Assembly: GCA_963665325.3 (NCBI GenBank)
Contig: CAXXWS020000002.1
Span: 480,001-544,000 of the forward strand
From: Alphaproteobacteria bacterium
GTDB taxonomy: Bacteria; Pseudomonadota; Alphaproteobacteria; Bin95
Direction: 5' to 3'
DNA length: 64,000 bases
Positions 10,108 through 18,205 of this stretch are shown in pieces; the first letter of the stretch is position 1, and every line of letters starts with the position of its first letter. Position numbers and translations under genes: made by a program. The notes beneath the pieces were generated by a model. It saw nothing but the letters and a program-made list of their open reading frames with translations. It was not told the DNA's origin and made no database searches.

Positions 10108-10427
10108 GCGCCGGCGATGCCTCCGGCGGGTCCGGTTCCTATCGAACCCTCGCCGACCGCTTCACGGAGCGCTACGAAGCCGACGATTCATGGTGGAGCA
10201 AGGTCGAGGAACGCTGGCGCGAGGACGACGAGGAAAACCGTATCCTGCTGGCACCCGTCTCGCGCACCGTCGACTATGGCGACATGGAAGGCTCCGACCA
10301 CCTCACCGTTACCTGGAAGGACGCCTCGGCCATCATCGTCACCTTCCTCGGAACCGAAGACGAGAACTGGGACTTCATCGACGATCACGGCCGGGTCCGG
10401 GGGGTCCGGCTCGACACCGGCCGGTAG
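10104..10427 (+). CDS. Small acidic hypothetical protein (107 aa)
   Basis: ATGA overlap with the stop of the upstream gene; protein-like composition, about 25 Asp/Glu. Confidence 0.65.
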   Translation: MSAGDASGGSGSYRTLADRFTERYEADDSWWSKVEERWREDDEENRILLAPVSRTVDYGDMEGSDHLTVTWKDASAIIVTFLGTEDENWDFIDDHGRVRGVRLDTGR

Positions 10428-10858
10428 CTCCGGGCCCGGACGCCTGCCGCCGCATCCAGTGGTGGCATTGTTCCCGCTGGCGCGCCCCGGCGGCACAGGA
10501 GCCTGGCTTCCCTGGCATTTTCCTTCCCGGAAGTCGTTTCCGGGCCTGTGAACGGTCGTATCGCGACAAGTGTCGATCCTCCGTCACGGGCGATTCTCTT
10601 CCCGGCACAGACAGACGGCACCCATGACAGGCGGCCGGGCTGTTCCGGGAGATGGGATCGTCATGTCGCTGCTCGTCGGTTCCCGTCGCCCCTCGGCCTG
10701 TCATGTCCGGGTCGTGCCGTCCCTTCGTCCCGACAACGGCGCACCGGCGCGAACAGAGGCCTGATCCCATGGATGCTTGCGCGATCATGCATGACGAACC
10801 GGACCTGGAGGTCCGCTGGCAAAGCGGCGAGCCGACGGGTCTTCTGTCGGTTGTCTCG

Positions 10859-11251
10859 ATGTCGAAACCTGCGATCGTCGACCAGGCCGATCTCGAGTGG
10901 GAAGGCGGCGAGGACGCCAGCCTTGCCGCGGGAGAAGGGATTCGCTGGAAGGTGCTGATCGCCGGCGAGCGGACCGAGACCCGTGGCCTTGCCACCGGGA
11001 TTGCCGAGGTCGCACCGGGGGCGGAACTCATGTGTCACCGCCATGAGCCTGCCGAGATCTATTTCATCGTCAGCGGCCGGGGCGAGATGGAAATCGAGGA
11101 CCGGTCGCAGCCGGTGGGGCCCGGCTGTGCGGTCTACATCCCGCCCGACGTCAGGCACGCGCTGCGCTGCACCGGGGCGGAGCCACTCGTACTCGTGTTC
11201 GCCTTTCCCCGCGACCGCTTCGACGAGATCGCCTATCACTTCGAGCGCTGA
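10859..11251 (+). CDS. Cupin-domain protein, DMSP lyase DddW-like
   Basis: Cupin motifs HRHEPAEIY and GCAVYIPPDVRH; RWKVLI..ERT..RG...GIAE and F..I.Y.F end resemble DddW as recalled; start could be 10769/10787. Confidence 0.75.
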   Translation: MSKPAIVDQADLEWEGGEDASLAAGEGIRWKVLIAGERTETRGLATGIAEVAPGAELMCHRHEPAEIYFIVSGRGEMEIEDRSQPVGPGCAVYIPPDVRHALRCTGAEPLVLVFAFPRDRFDEIAYHFER

Positions 11252-11394
11252 CCTCCCCGGATAATGCGCGATTCGCGATACGCTGCCGGCGCCCGGCCGT
11301 AACCGTCAAACCGCCTGCGCATGCTCTGTCCGCAAGGGGATCGCCCGGCGGACAATGCCGGCCGCGATCCCGACCCACGCAAAACCGGGGCCCT

Positions 11395-11455
11395 GACTGT
11401 CTCATATGACTGGTACGGAAAGAATTGCAAAAGCGGGACCTTATCCGTACAGCTT
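11395..11455. promoter_or_regulatory. Putative res site/promoter region upstream of resolvase
   Basis: AT-richer segment with inverted GTACGGA...TCCGTAC immediately 5' of a resolvase gene. Confidence 0.35.
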
Positions 11456-11460
11456 TCCTC

Positions 11461-12135
11461 ATGACGGAAACGCTCATCGGATATGCGCGCTGCTCCACCG
11501 ACAGGCAGGATCTGGCCGCCCAGCGCCAGGCGCTCCTGGAGCTGGGCGTGGCCGAGGAGCGCATCTATACCGATCACGGCCTCACCGGCACGACCCGGCC
11601 CCGGCCCGGCCTGGACCAGGCCCTCGCCGCCGTGCGCGAGGGCGACACGCTCGTCGTGCCGAAACTCGACCGGCTGGCAAGGTCCGTCCCGGACGCCCGC
11701 GCCATCGCCAACCGGCTGTTGGAGCGCGGCGTAAAGCTGGCCCTCGGCCGGGCGCTCTACGACCCGGGCGGCCCGATGGGAAAGATGTTCTTCAACATCC
11801 TCGCCACATTCGCCGAGTTCGAGGCCGATCTCATCCGCACGCGCACCCGCGAGGGCATGGCCATCGCTCGCGCCAGGGGAAAACTGCGCGGCAAGCAACC
11901 CAAGCTGTCCGACAAACAGCAGCGGGAACTCTGTCGCATGCATGCTACCGGCGACTACTCCGTCAGCGACCTCGCCGAACTCTTCTCCGTCTCGAGGCCT
12001 ACCATCTATCGAACCCTCAATCGGCGCCGACCCCTTAGCACACATATCTGCTCCCTACCGGAATCCACCCGAGGAAACCGCCAAACCGCTCTCCCTAAAG
12101 CGCCAGGACGATCCTGCCAGTCGCCTAAGCGGTAA
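11461..12135 (+). CDS. Serine recombinase (resolvase/invertase)
   Basis: LIGYARCST..Q, VVPKLDRLARS, AEFEADLIRTRTREG, C-terminal HTH (VSRPTIYRTL); tail after HTH looks like a read-through extension. Confidence 0.92.
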   Translation: MTETLIGYARCSTDRQDLAAQRQALLELGVAEERIYTDHGLTGTTRPRPGLDQALAAVREGDTLVVPKLDRLARSVPDARAIANRLLERGVKLALGRALYDPGGPMGKMFFNILATFAEFEADLIRTRTREGMAIARARGKLRGKQPKLSDKQQRELCRMHATGDYSVSDLAELFSVSRPTIYRTLNRRRPLSTHICSLPESTRGNRQTALPKAPGRSCQSPKR

Positions 12136-12182
12136 TACTCTGCTAGCCACGACCGTGACTTTCGAACTTGAGAGGCAAACTC

Positions 12183-12506
12183 ATGGGAAAACATTTCATT
12201 GCTGTCCTCGCGACAATCGTCTTCGTCGCAGGTTGCTCGACGCAGCAGGACAGGGAAGATCTCGCTGTCGAGTGGCGAAAGTGCGTGGACGGCATCGTTA
12301 TCGCCGGCTGGACATTGAACCAGGTGGCACCGTCATCCGACTTCGGAAAAACAACTGGGTTGGCTATCCGCCAGTGCGGAACCGGCGGTCTGAGCGCTGC
12401 CGAAAGGTTCAAGTATGTCGCGACCAGTCTAAAATCGATCCAAGAGAACGCTGACGGTTTCGTGCGCGAGTTCGAAGCGCGCGAGGACAAATCAAAAATC
12501 AATTGA
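12183..12506 (+). CDS. Hypothetical lipoprotein
   Basis: MGKHFIAVLATIVFVAG-C lipobox; GAGAGG upstream; lower GC than flanks. Confidence 0.7.
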   Translation: MGKHFIAVLATIVFVAGCSTQQDREDLAVEWRKCVDGIVIAGWTLNQVAPSSDFGKTTGLAIRQCGTGGLSAAERFKYVATSLKSIQENADGFVREFEAREDKSKIN

Positions 12507-12566
12507 AATGCGGCTCGGTCCCAGAGCCGATCCGGGGTCGTTTACGGATGAGTGGCAAATGACACT

Positions 12567-13178
12567 CTAAGCGCCGAGCATGCGCTTGCCGTGGTCTCGG
12601 AGATTTCCCTGCGGATCGACATAGCGGTAAAGGGTGACAGGCGAGATTCCGAGTTCGCTGCACAGTTCCGATACCGACGTATCCTGATGCGCCATGGCCG
12701 CCTGGATCGTGCGGATCTGGGCCTTTGTCAGGGCGGGCTTCCGCCCGCCCTTGCGGCCGCGCGCCCGGGCCGCCCGAAGCCCGGCCATGGTCCGCTCGCG
12801 GATGAGCTCGCTCTCGAACTCCGCAAGCGCGGCGAAAATGCCGAAGGACAGCCGCCCGGCGGCGGTGGTCGTGTCGATCTGCGCGCCCTGGCCGGTGAGG
12901 ACCTTGAGGCCGACGCCGGCGTCCGAGAGCCCGGTCACGGTTTTCACCAGGTGATGCAGGCTGCGTCCCAGGCGGTCGAGCTTCCAGATGACGAGCACGT
13001 CGCCTTCGCGCAGCGCCTTCAGGCAGACATCGAGCCCCGGCCGCTCGTCCTTCTTGCCGGAGGCATGATCCGTATAGATTCGACGCTCCTCGACGCCGGC
13101 AGCGACCAGCGCGTCGCGCTGCAGGTCGAGCGATTGGCTGCCGTCGGCCTTCGAGACGCGGGCGTAGCCGATCAGCAT
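12567..13178 (-). CDS. Serine recombinase (Tn3-type resolvase)
   Basis: MLIGYARVSKADGSQ..LQRDAL, WKLDRLGRS, AEFESELIRERT, GRKGGRKP, HTH TLYRYV. Confidence 0.95.
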   Translation of the reverse strand: MLIGYARVSKADGSQSLDLQRDALVAAGVEERRIYTDHASGKKDERPGLDVCLKALREGDVLVIWKLDRLGRSLHHLVKTVTGLSDAGVGLKVLTGQGAQIDTTTAAGRLSFGIFAALAEFESELIRERTMAGLRAARARGRKGGRKPALTKAQIRTIQAAMAHQDTSVSELCSELGISPVTLYRYVDPQGNLRDHGKRMLGA

Positions 13179-13179
13179 C

Positions 13180-13300
13180 TTTCACAAACGTTCGTTTGCG
13201 GAAGACCCCGACGGCGGCAGGCATCAAGCATGAAATCCGTTCCTTATCCCATCTCTAAAACAACAATACACAATCGCTGACGTTCGGGACAAAGGTCACA
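13180..13300. promoter_or_regulatory. Putative res site upstream of second resolvase
   Basis: AT-rich tract with palindrome CAAACGTTCGTTTG next to the start codon. Confidence 0.35.
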
Positions 13301-13345
13301 CGGTCCGTCGCACGCCCATCCCGAACAGGTAACCCCGCAGCGCAC

Positions 13346-13759
13346 TCAAGGAGCCGCCTGCGGAAGAACTGCAATATTCTCATCGTTGGCAGCCTTCGAC
13401 AGCGCGCGATCGAGCGTGGCCAGCATATCGCCCCGGCGCCACGCGGTTTCGAGATAGACGGCGTCGTAAGCGCTCAATGCATGTTTGCGGGCCATTTCCA
13501 GGACGACGCCGTGATCCTGGGTGTCGTCGCGTTCGAGATGCAGCATGCGCAGACGTGCCAGGCTGGAAAGACCGCGTTCTCGCGAGATGCGCCCACGACG
13601 TTCATTCACTATCAGGACACTGCATATCTCATGCCAGAAAAGGCCGGGCACGACGCCTCGTGCTGCCGCGAGGCCGTCCAGTACGAGATCGGCTGCCGGC
13701 GAACTCTCGCCTGGCAGGAACCAAGAGGCGGCAACCGAGGCATCGATGACGATCGCCAT
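13346..13759 (-). CDS. vapC: VapC PIN-domain toxin
   Basis: IVIDASVA, HE, LSAYDAVYLE, LATLD PIN motifs; overlaps antitoxin stop. Confidence 0.92.
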   Translation of the reverse strand: MAIVIDASVAASWFLPGESSPAADLVLDGLAAARGVVPGLFWHEICSVLIVNERRGRISRERGLSSLARLRMLHLERDDTQDHGVVLEMARKHALSAYDAVYLETAWRRGDMLATLDRALSKAANDENIAVLPQAAP

Positions 13760-13992
13760 CAGGCGCGCCCTTCCTCCTTCGCGGCCCGGATGTCCTCGGC
13801 AGAAACGCGGGGGCCTTCGGGCCGTTCCCGCTTGATGAGTTCGATAACCTCGGAAACAGGCCTGTCGATGGGAACGATGCGGGCTGCGGGAACCCCGTTG
13901 CGTGCCAGAATGACCTCCTGTCCCTCTTCAGCCTCAGCAATCAGGTGCGACAACCGCGCTTTGGCCTCTCCAATGTTGACGGTGTGAGACAT
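13759..13992 (-). CDS. Phd/YefM-family antitoxin
   Basis: VNIGEAKARLSHLIAEAEEGQEVILARNGVPAARIVPI; GGAG RBS; coupled to vapC. Confidence 0.92.
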   Translation of the reverse strand: MSHTVNIGEAKARLSHLIAEAEEGQEVILARNGVPAARIVPIDRPVSEVIELIKRERPEGPRVSAEDIRAAKEEGRA

Positions 13993-14104
13993 GCGCGAAT
14001 CTCCAAAGAATCGGGTTGACGTGAGCTTCCGATAACAGCGCGTTTTCGCTTGGTCAAGGCATGGTCCAGCGAGAGACCGGCGGTTGCCTCGGTTGGCCTT
14101 GTCG

Positions 14105-14194
14105 GGCGAGTATTCCATCAGTGATCTCGCCGAACTCTTCTCCGTCTCGCGGCCGACCGTTTATCGCACTCTCAACCGGCGACAATCCGCGTGA
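14105..14194 (+). pseudogene. 3' remnant of a serine resolvase (HTH only)
   Basis: GEYSISDLAELFSVSRPTVYRTLNRRQSA* is nearly identical to the HTH of 11461..12135 (GDYSVSDLAELFSVSRPTIYRTLNRR). Confidence 0.8.
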
Positions 14195-14255
14195 CATACC
14201 GTCCTGTCCCTTGCCGGAATCGATTCATGGATACTCGTCCGGCCGGGCTGGAGTG

Positions 14256-15776
14256 TCAGTCGAACAGATCGCCCGTCATATCCACCGTCGGCCACTTCCG
14301 GCGATGCCGAACCTCCTCGTAGCGTTCTTGCGCCAACGCTCGGGCATGTCGCGCTAATTTAACGTCTCGCATCCACCCGGCCTTGCGATTTTCATCGAAC
14401 AGACCGTGCATAGTCAGCCTCGCGCCCTTCCTTCCGTTGCATGGGCGGCAAAGCAGAACCCGATTCGAAATGTCGTTCTCGCCGCCGTCTGCGCGAGGCT
14501 GGACATGGTCAAGCTCCATGAACGGCGCTTCCAGCTCCCGGCCGCAACCGGCACACAGGACAAGCCCTTCGGTCACGCTCTGCGCCTCGGCCAACTCCCT
14601 CACGATCTCCGCACGCGACAGCCTCTGCCACGGCTCCAAGGGCAGAGCGCGCCTTTCAATGGTTCGTAGGAAGGACGCCGCGGTCTCGCCGTTGTCGGTG
14701 CGCTCCGGAAGCTCTTTCTCGTGATGAATGTCGCCAAATGACAAGCTGGCTCTCTCTTGCCCGTCCGGCCCGCGAAGCATCCCGTCCTTCTTCAGGCGTT
14801 CAATGACGACCTCGTACGCCTTCTCCCAAATGTCGATCCCGGTCCACTGCCTGCCGTTTTTCTCCGCCGCGACGCATGTCGTCGCGCAACCGGCGAACGG
14901 GTCAAGCACCATGTCACCGGGATCGCTCGAAGCCCGTATAATGCGCTCGTAAAGCGCAAGTGGCTTCTGTGTCGGGTATCCGGTTCGCTCTGACTTGGGT
15001 GCGCGGCCGATGTTGACAAGGACATCCCGCGCCGCAACTCCCTTGGAGTCGGACAGATAGAATTTACGGCGCGGCTGGCCATTCCGGGACCAGTGGATCA
15101 GTCCGTCCGCTTCCAGGCGCTCCAGACTCTCCACCGTGAAGCGCCAGTTCACGGCCTGAATCCCGCGCCACGTGAATTCATAGGTCTGGCCGGATACCCC
15201 GCCGCCCTTCAATGGCATGGTGGTGTAACGGCCCCGCTCATCCCGATCCCGATAGTTTTGCCTGATATATTCCGGTGTCAGCGGGTCGTATTGCTGGTTC
15301 CACACTGCGTGATCGGAATTGGTGTAGTAGAGAATTCCGTCATGAACACGCGCGTAGGACTTGGCATCGCTGCGACCTGCGGAGCGTTCCCAAATGATCT
15401 CGTTTCGGAAGTTCTTCCGTCCGAATATCGCGTCCATAACCGCTTTGAGGTAGTGAGATGCAGCATCATCGCAGTGCAGATAGATGCTGCCTGTCCGCTT
15501 CAGGATACGGCGCATTTCCAATAGCCGAACGGCCATGAAGCACATAAAGGCCCCCATGCCGTCCGAGTGTGCGTAGCGAGCGCTCTCGATAGCCTCCATG
15601 AGCCGGGGATAGTCGTCGGTGATCTGGTCAACCCAGTCCTGCTGCACGTCATCCTTCCACGACCACCGGTCCTGAAACTTTGCACCCCTGGCGAGGCTAT
15701 CTGGCGTTGCATGGAAATCCCGGCCTTTATTGAAAGGCGGGTCCGTTGCAATCAGATCCACGCACGCGCTGTTCAT
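14256..15776 (-). CDS. Beta-class N6/N4 DNA methyltransferase fused to C-terminal HNH endonuclease; 5' end possibly frameshifted
   Basis: IATDPPF (motif IV), YPTQKP, LDPFAGCATT (motif I); C-term CAGC..LDHVQPRADGG.N...N...LCRPCN; MTase-like sequence extends in-frame to ~15835 without a start. Confidence 0.88.
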   Translation of the reverse strand: MNSACVDLIATDPPFNKGRDFHATPDSLARGAKFQDRWSWKDDVQQDWVDQITDDYPRLMEAIESARYAHSDGMGAFMCFMAVRLLEMRRILKRTGSIYLHCDDAASHYLKAVMDAIFGRKNFRNEIIWERSAGRSDAKSYARVHDGILYYTNSDHAVWNQQYDPLTPEYIRQNYRDRDERGRYTTMPLKGGGVSGQTYEFTWRGIQAVNWRFTVESLERLEADGLIHWSRNGQPRRKFYLSDSKGVAARDVLVNIGRAPKSERTGYPTQKPLALYERIIRASSDPGDMVLDPFAGCATTCVAAEKNGRQWTGIDIWEKAYEVVIERLKKDGMLRGPDGQERASLSFGDIHHEKELPERTDNGETAASFLRTIERRALPLEPWQRLSRAEIVRELAEAQSVTEGLVLCAGCGRELEAPFMELDHVQPRADGGENDISNRVLLCRPCNGRKGARLTMHGLFDENRKAGWMRDVKLARHARALAQERYEEVRHRRKWPTVDMTGDLFD

Positions 15777-15963
15777 GGCGCGAAGGAAGTCAAGATTGTC
15801 CCCTTGGAAGAGGGTCCGGTTGGACCAATTCGGCCTGGCTTCATTGAGTCGGCGGTCGGCGGTCCCTTTTTCACCTTATCCCGTGCCATATCGGAGGTCC
15901 AATTCGAGTTGTTCGCGCAGCTTCGGAAATGCCCGCCGATCGACAGTCGATCAACGCAGGCGG

Positions 15964-16200
15964 TCAACCTTGTGCCGCGAGCCGGTGAGCACGGGCGCGG
16001 ACGTGTTCGGGGCGTCGGCGCAGGCGGGGATCGTGACGGCATTCCACCATCCGTCGCGGGCCGCTATCGAGGTCGGCGTCTATGCCGTGCGCTTCGAAGT
16101 AATCCCGCTCAAGCTCGCCCGCTTCGCGGGTGTTGCACTCGAACCAGAATAGCGGCCTGCCGTCAGCATCGTAGATGGTCAGCACATGCACATACATCAT
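15964..16200 (-). CDS. Small hypothetical protein
   Basis: ATGA-coupled to upstream ORF; MMYVHVLTIYDADGRPLFWFEC. Confidence 0.45.
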   Translation of the reverse strand: MMYVHVLTIYDADGRPLFWFECNTREAGELERDYFEAHGIDADLDSGPRRMVECRHDPRLRRRPEHVRARAHRLAAQG

Positions 16201-16403
16201 GGATATCCGTCGCGCCTTTCCCTGTTGAGTCTGCGCCAGTCGTCGAGGCAGGCCGGGCAATACTGCCGGTCGCCTTCGGTGTTGATTTCGTCGAGCGGGT
16301 CGAGGCAGCGTTCGCAATACGGCTCGCTGAGCGGCTGTCCTGCCAGAAGGCAGGCGTCCATCTGTCGGCTGTTGGCGTCGCGCCGGTCGCGCCAGTCGGG
16401 CAT
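16197..16403 (-). CDS. Small zinc-finger-like hypothetical protein
   Basis: Two CxxC pairs (CERC, CPAC) in 68 aa. Confidence 0.5.
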   Translation of the reverse strand: MPDWRDRRDANSRQMDACLLAGQPLSEPYCERCLDPLDEINTEGDRQYCPACLDDWRRLNRERRDGYP

Positions 16404-16548
16404 TGCGTTTCGTCCGATTGCAGCCGGTGTTGCACGGCTGCGAGTTCATTGAGTTCGGTTTGCCATCGTTGCGATGAGCGGGCGAAGCAGCCGCATAGCG
16501 TAATGGGAGGTGCACAATGACGGAACTGGAAGCAATTCAAAACGCCGG

Positions 16549-17235
16549 TCACTGACGGCCGGCAGCCGCCGATATCTGTTCTCCGATCAGGGAATCGAGC
16601 TCGGAAATGCGGCCCTTAGCGGCCAGTTCGAGGGCCGCCAGGACGAAAGCCGGGCTTGCCGGCGCCAGGACAGCGGAGACTGTCAGCTCCTCCGGCCCGC
16701 CTGGAGCCTGGAGGTCGAGCAGAATGGCCTCCCTGGTGTTTCCGGCTATGTCCAGCCGCCACATTTCGGGAACGCCCAGACGGCGGTAGAAATCGGGTTT
16801 GTCCCCGTCTCCATGGCTGCGTTCGACCTCGATGACGAGATCGGGCGGCGTCCGGGCTTCGAAGTCCCGGACCTTGTCCGCTTCCCGCCGATCCGCCTCG
16901 ATCCAGCGGTCGGCCGTCGAGCCCAGATAGTAGCATGCGTCAGGTTCGGCGCCCGTGTTCTCCGGGTCGCCCGGAAGCCGCCACCGCGTCGATCCGAGAC
17001 CGATCGCATTGACCCCGAGGCTTCTGCCCATGGCATCCATGAACCGGTCGGCGCCCCGGCTGTAGCGCTCGTGCTCCGGAGACGGCGTCATCAGCGCTAC
17101 GAGCCCGCTCACAGGGTCGATAAAGACCCTCCTGGCGATAATGTCCCAGTCGAGCTTCGCGAGGAGCGGGATCGCTTCGGGATCGAGATGCAGGCGGGTG
17201 TATTCCGATCCCATGCTGCCGATGGTGCGTTCCAT
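16549..17235 (-). CDS. Uma2-family (DUF820) PD-(D/E)xK endonuclease
   Basis: MTPSPEHE, EPDACYY, PPDLVIEVE, YRRLGVPEMWRLD. Confidence 0.88.
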   Translation of the reverse strand: MERTIGSMGSEYTRLHLDPEAIPLLAKLDWDIIARRVFIDPVSGLVALMTPSPEHERYSRGADRFMDAMGRSLGVNAIGLGSTRWRLPGDPENTGAEPDACYYLGSTADRWIEADRREADKVRDFEARTPPDLVIEVERSHGDGDKPDFYRRLGVPEMWRLDIAGNTREAILLDLQAPGGPEELTVSAVLAPASPAFVLAALELAAKGRISELDSLIGEQISAAAGRQ

Positions 17236-17338
17236 GCCGGTTCTCCCGCTTGCAGGCGGCCGCTTTCACCCCGACATTACCGGTGAATTCGTCGCCGGGG
17301 AAATCCTGAAGCCGGGCGAACATGTACGGAAGCGGGCG

Positions 17339-18121
17339 CTATTGCAGCAGCCGCTTGATCCGGTCCTGCCAGGTCCGGGTATGAATGATCCTGTCTCGGT
17401 GCAGATTGCCTTCCAGGATTTCCGCCTTTGTCATTTGCGATACCCGATGCCAGTCCAGGTCGAAGACATAAGTGGCGTTGTCGAGCATGGCGCTCTCAAG
17501 GACTGCAAGCCCCCTGGTCCTGAATATGTATGCGACATAGGCTCTGAAGCCCCGTTCGCCGATGTAAATTTCATCGGGGCCGAAGGAGGCGAGTGTCTCG
17601 AGCCGTGACAGGACCGGGGCAGATGCGAGCGGATCGCCGGATTCGAGAATCCTGGTGACGCGTTGGTGGATCTGGCTCCACGGGTATTGGCCAGGAGGCA
17701 GGAGAGACCAGTTTGCGTTGCGGATCGTGGGCGACGGTTCCGCGCCGGCAGGCGGGAAAAGGCTGGGGGGTTGAGGCCTGTCCTTGGACTGTTCGCCGCC
17801 AGGGGCCTGGGTGGCCATGCCGAAATATTCGAGCCAGGAAGGGTCGAGAGTTTCCCTGGCGGTCGGCATCGTCTCGAGGACGAGGGAAACAAGGCGCCGG
17901 CCCTGGTCCCTGCAGTCGGGTGACGGGCAGATAGCAACCAGTCCCCAAGGATAGCGGCCGTCGGCAGCGGCTTTCCCGTCATGGGCCTCGATCCTGAACC
18001 AGCCGGGCTCGGCGTAGCATGTACGCCCGCAGAGCGAGCAGGACATGTGGCCGGAAACGGTCTGCTTTCCGAGAAGGGACTCGATTTCGTGCAGGCCGCG
18101 GGGGCATTCCAGTTTACGCAT
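17339..18121 (-). CDS. Hypothetical protein with N-terminal Cys-rich putative Zn-binding region
   Basis: 260-aa ORF; C/H, CSLC, CPSPDC; globular-looking C-terminus (YVAYIF..VLES..NATYVF..RIIH). Confidence 0.65.
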   Translation of the reverse strand: MRKLECPRGLHEIESLLGKQTVSGHMSCSLCGRTCYAEPGWFRIEAHDGKAAADGRYPWGLVAICPSPDCRDQGRRLVSLVLETMPTARETLDPSWLEYFGMATQAPGGEQSKDRPQPPSLFPPAGAEPSPTIRNANWSLLPPGQYPWSQIHQRVTRILESGDPLASAPVLSRLETLASFGPDEIYIGERGFRAYVAYIFRTRGLAVLESAMLDNATYVFDLDWHRVSQMTKAEILEGNLHRDRIIHTRTWQDRIKRLLQ

Positions 18122-18205
18122 GGAGTCGACCCGTCAGAGTGTCATTCGCCACTCATGCGGAATCGACCCAAATGCGGGCAAGGCGCCCGTCGAACTTCCT
18201 TTGCA

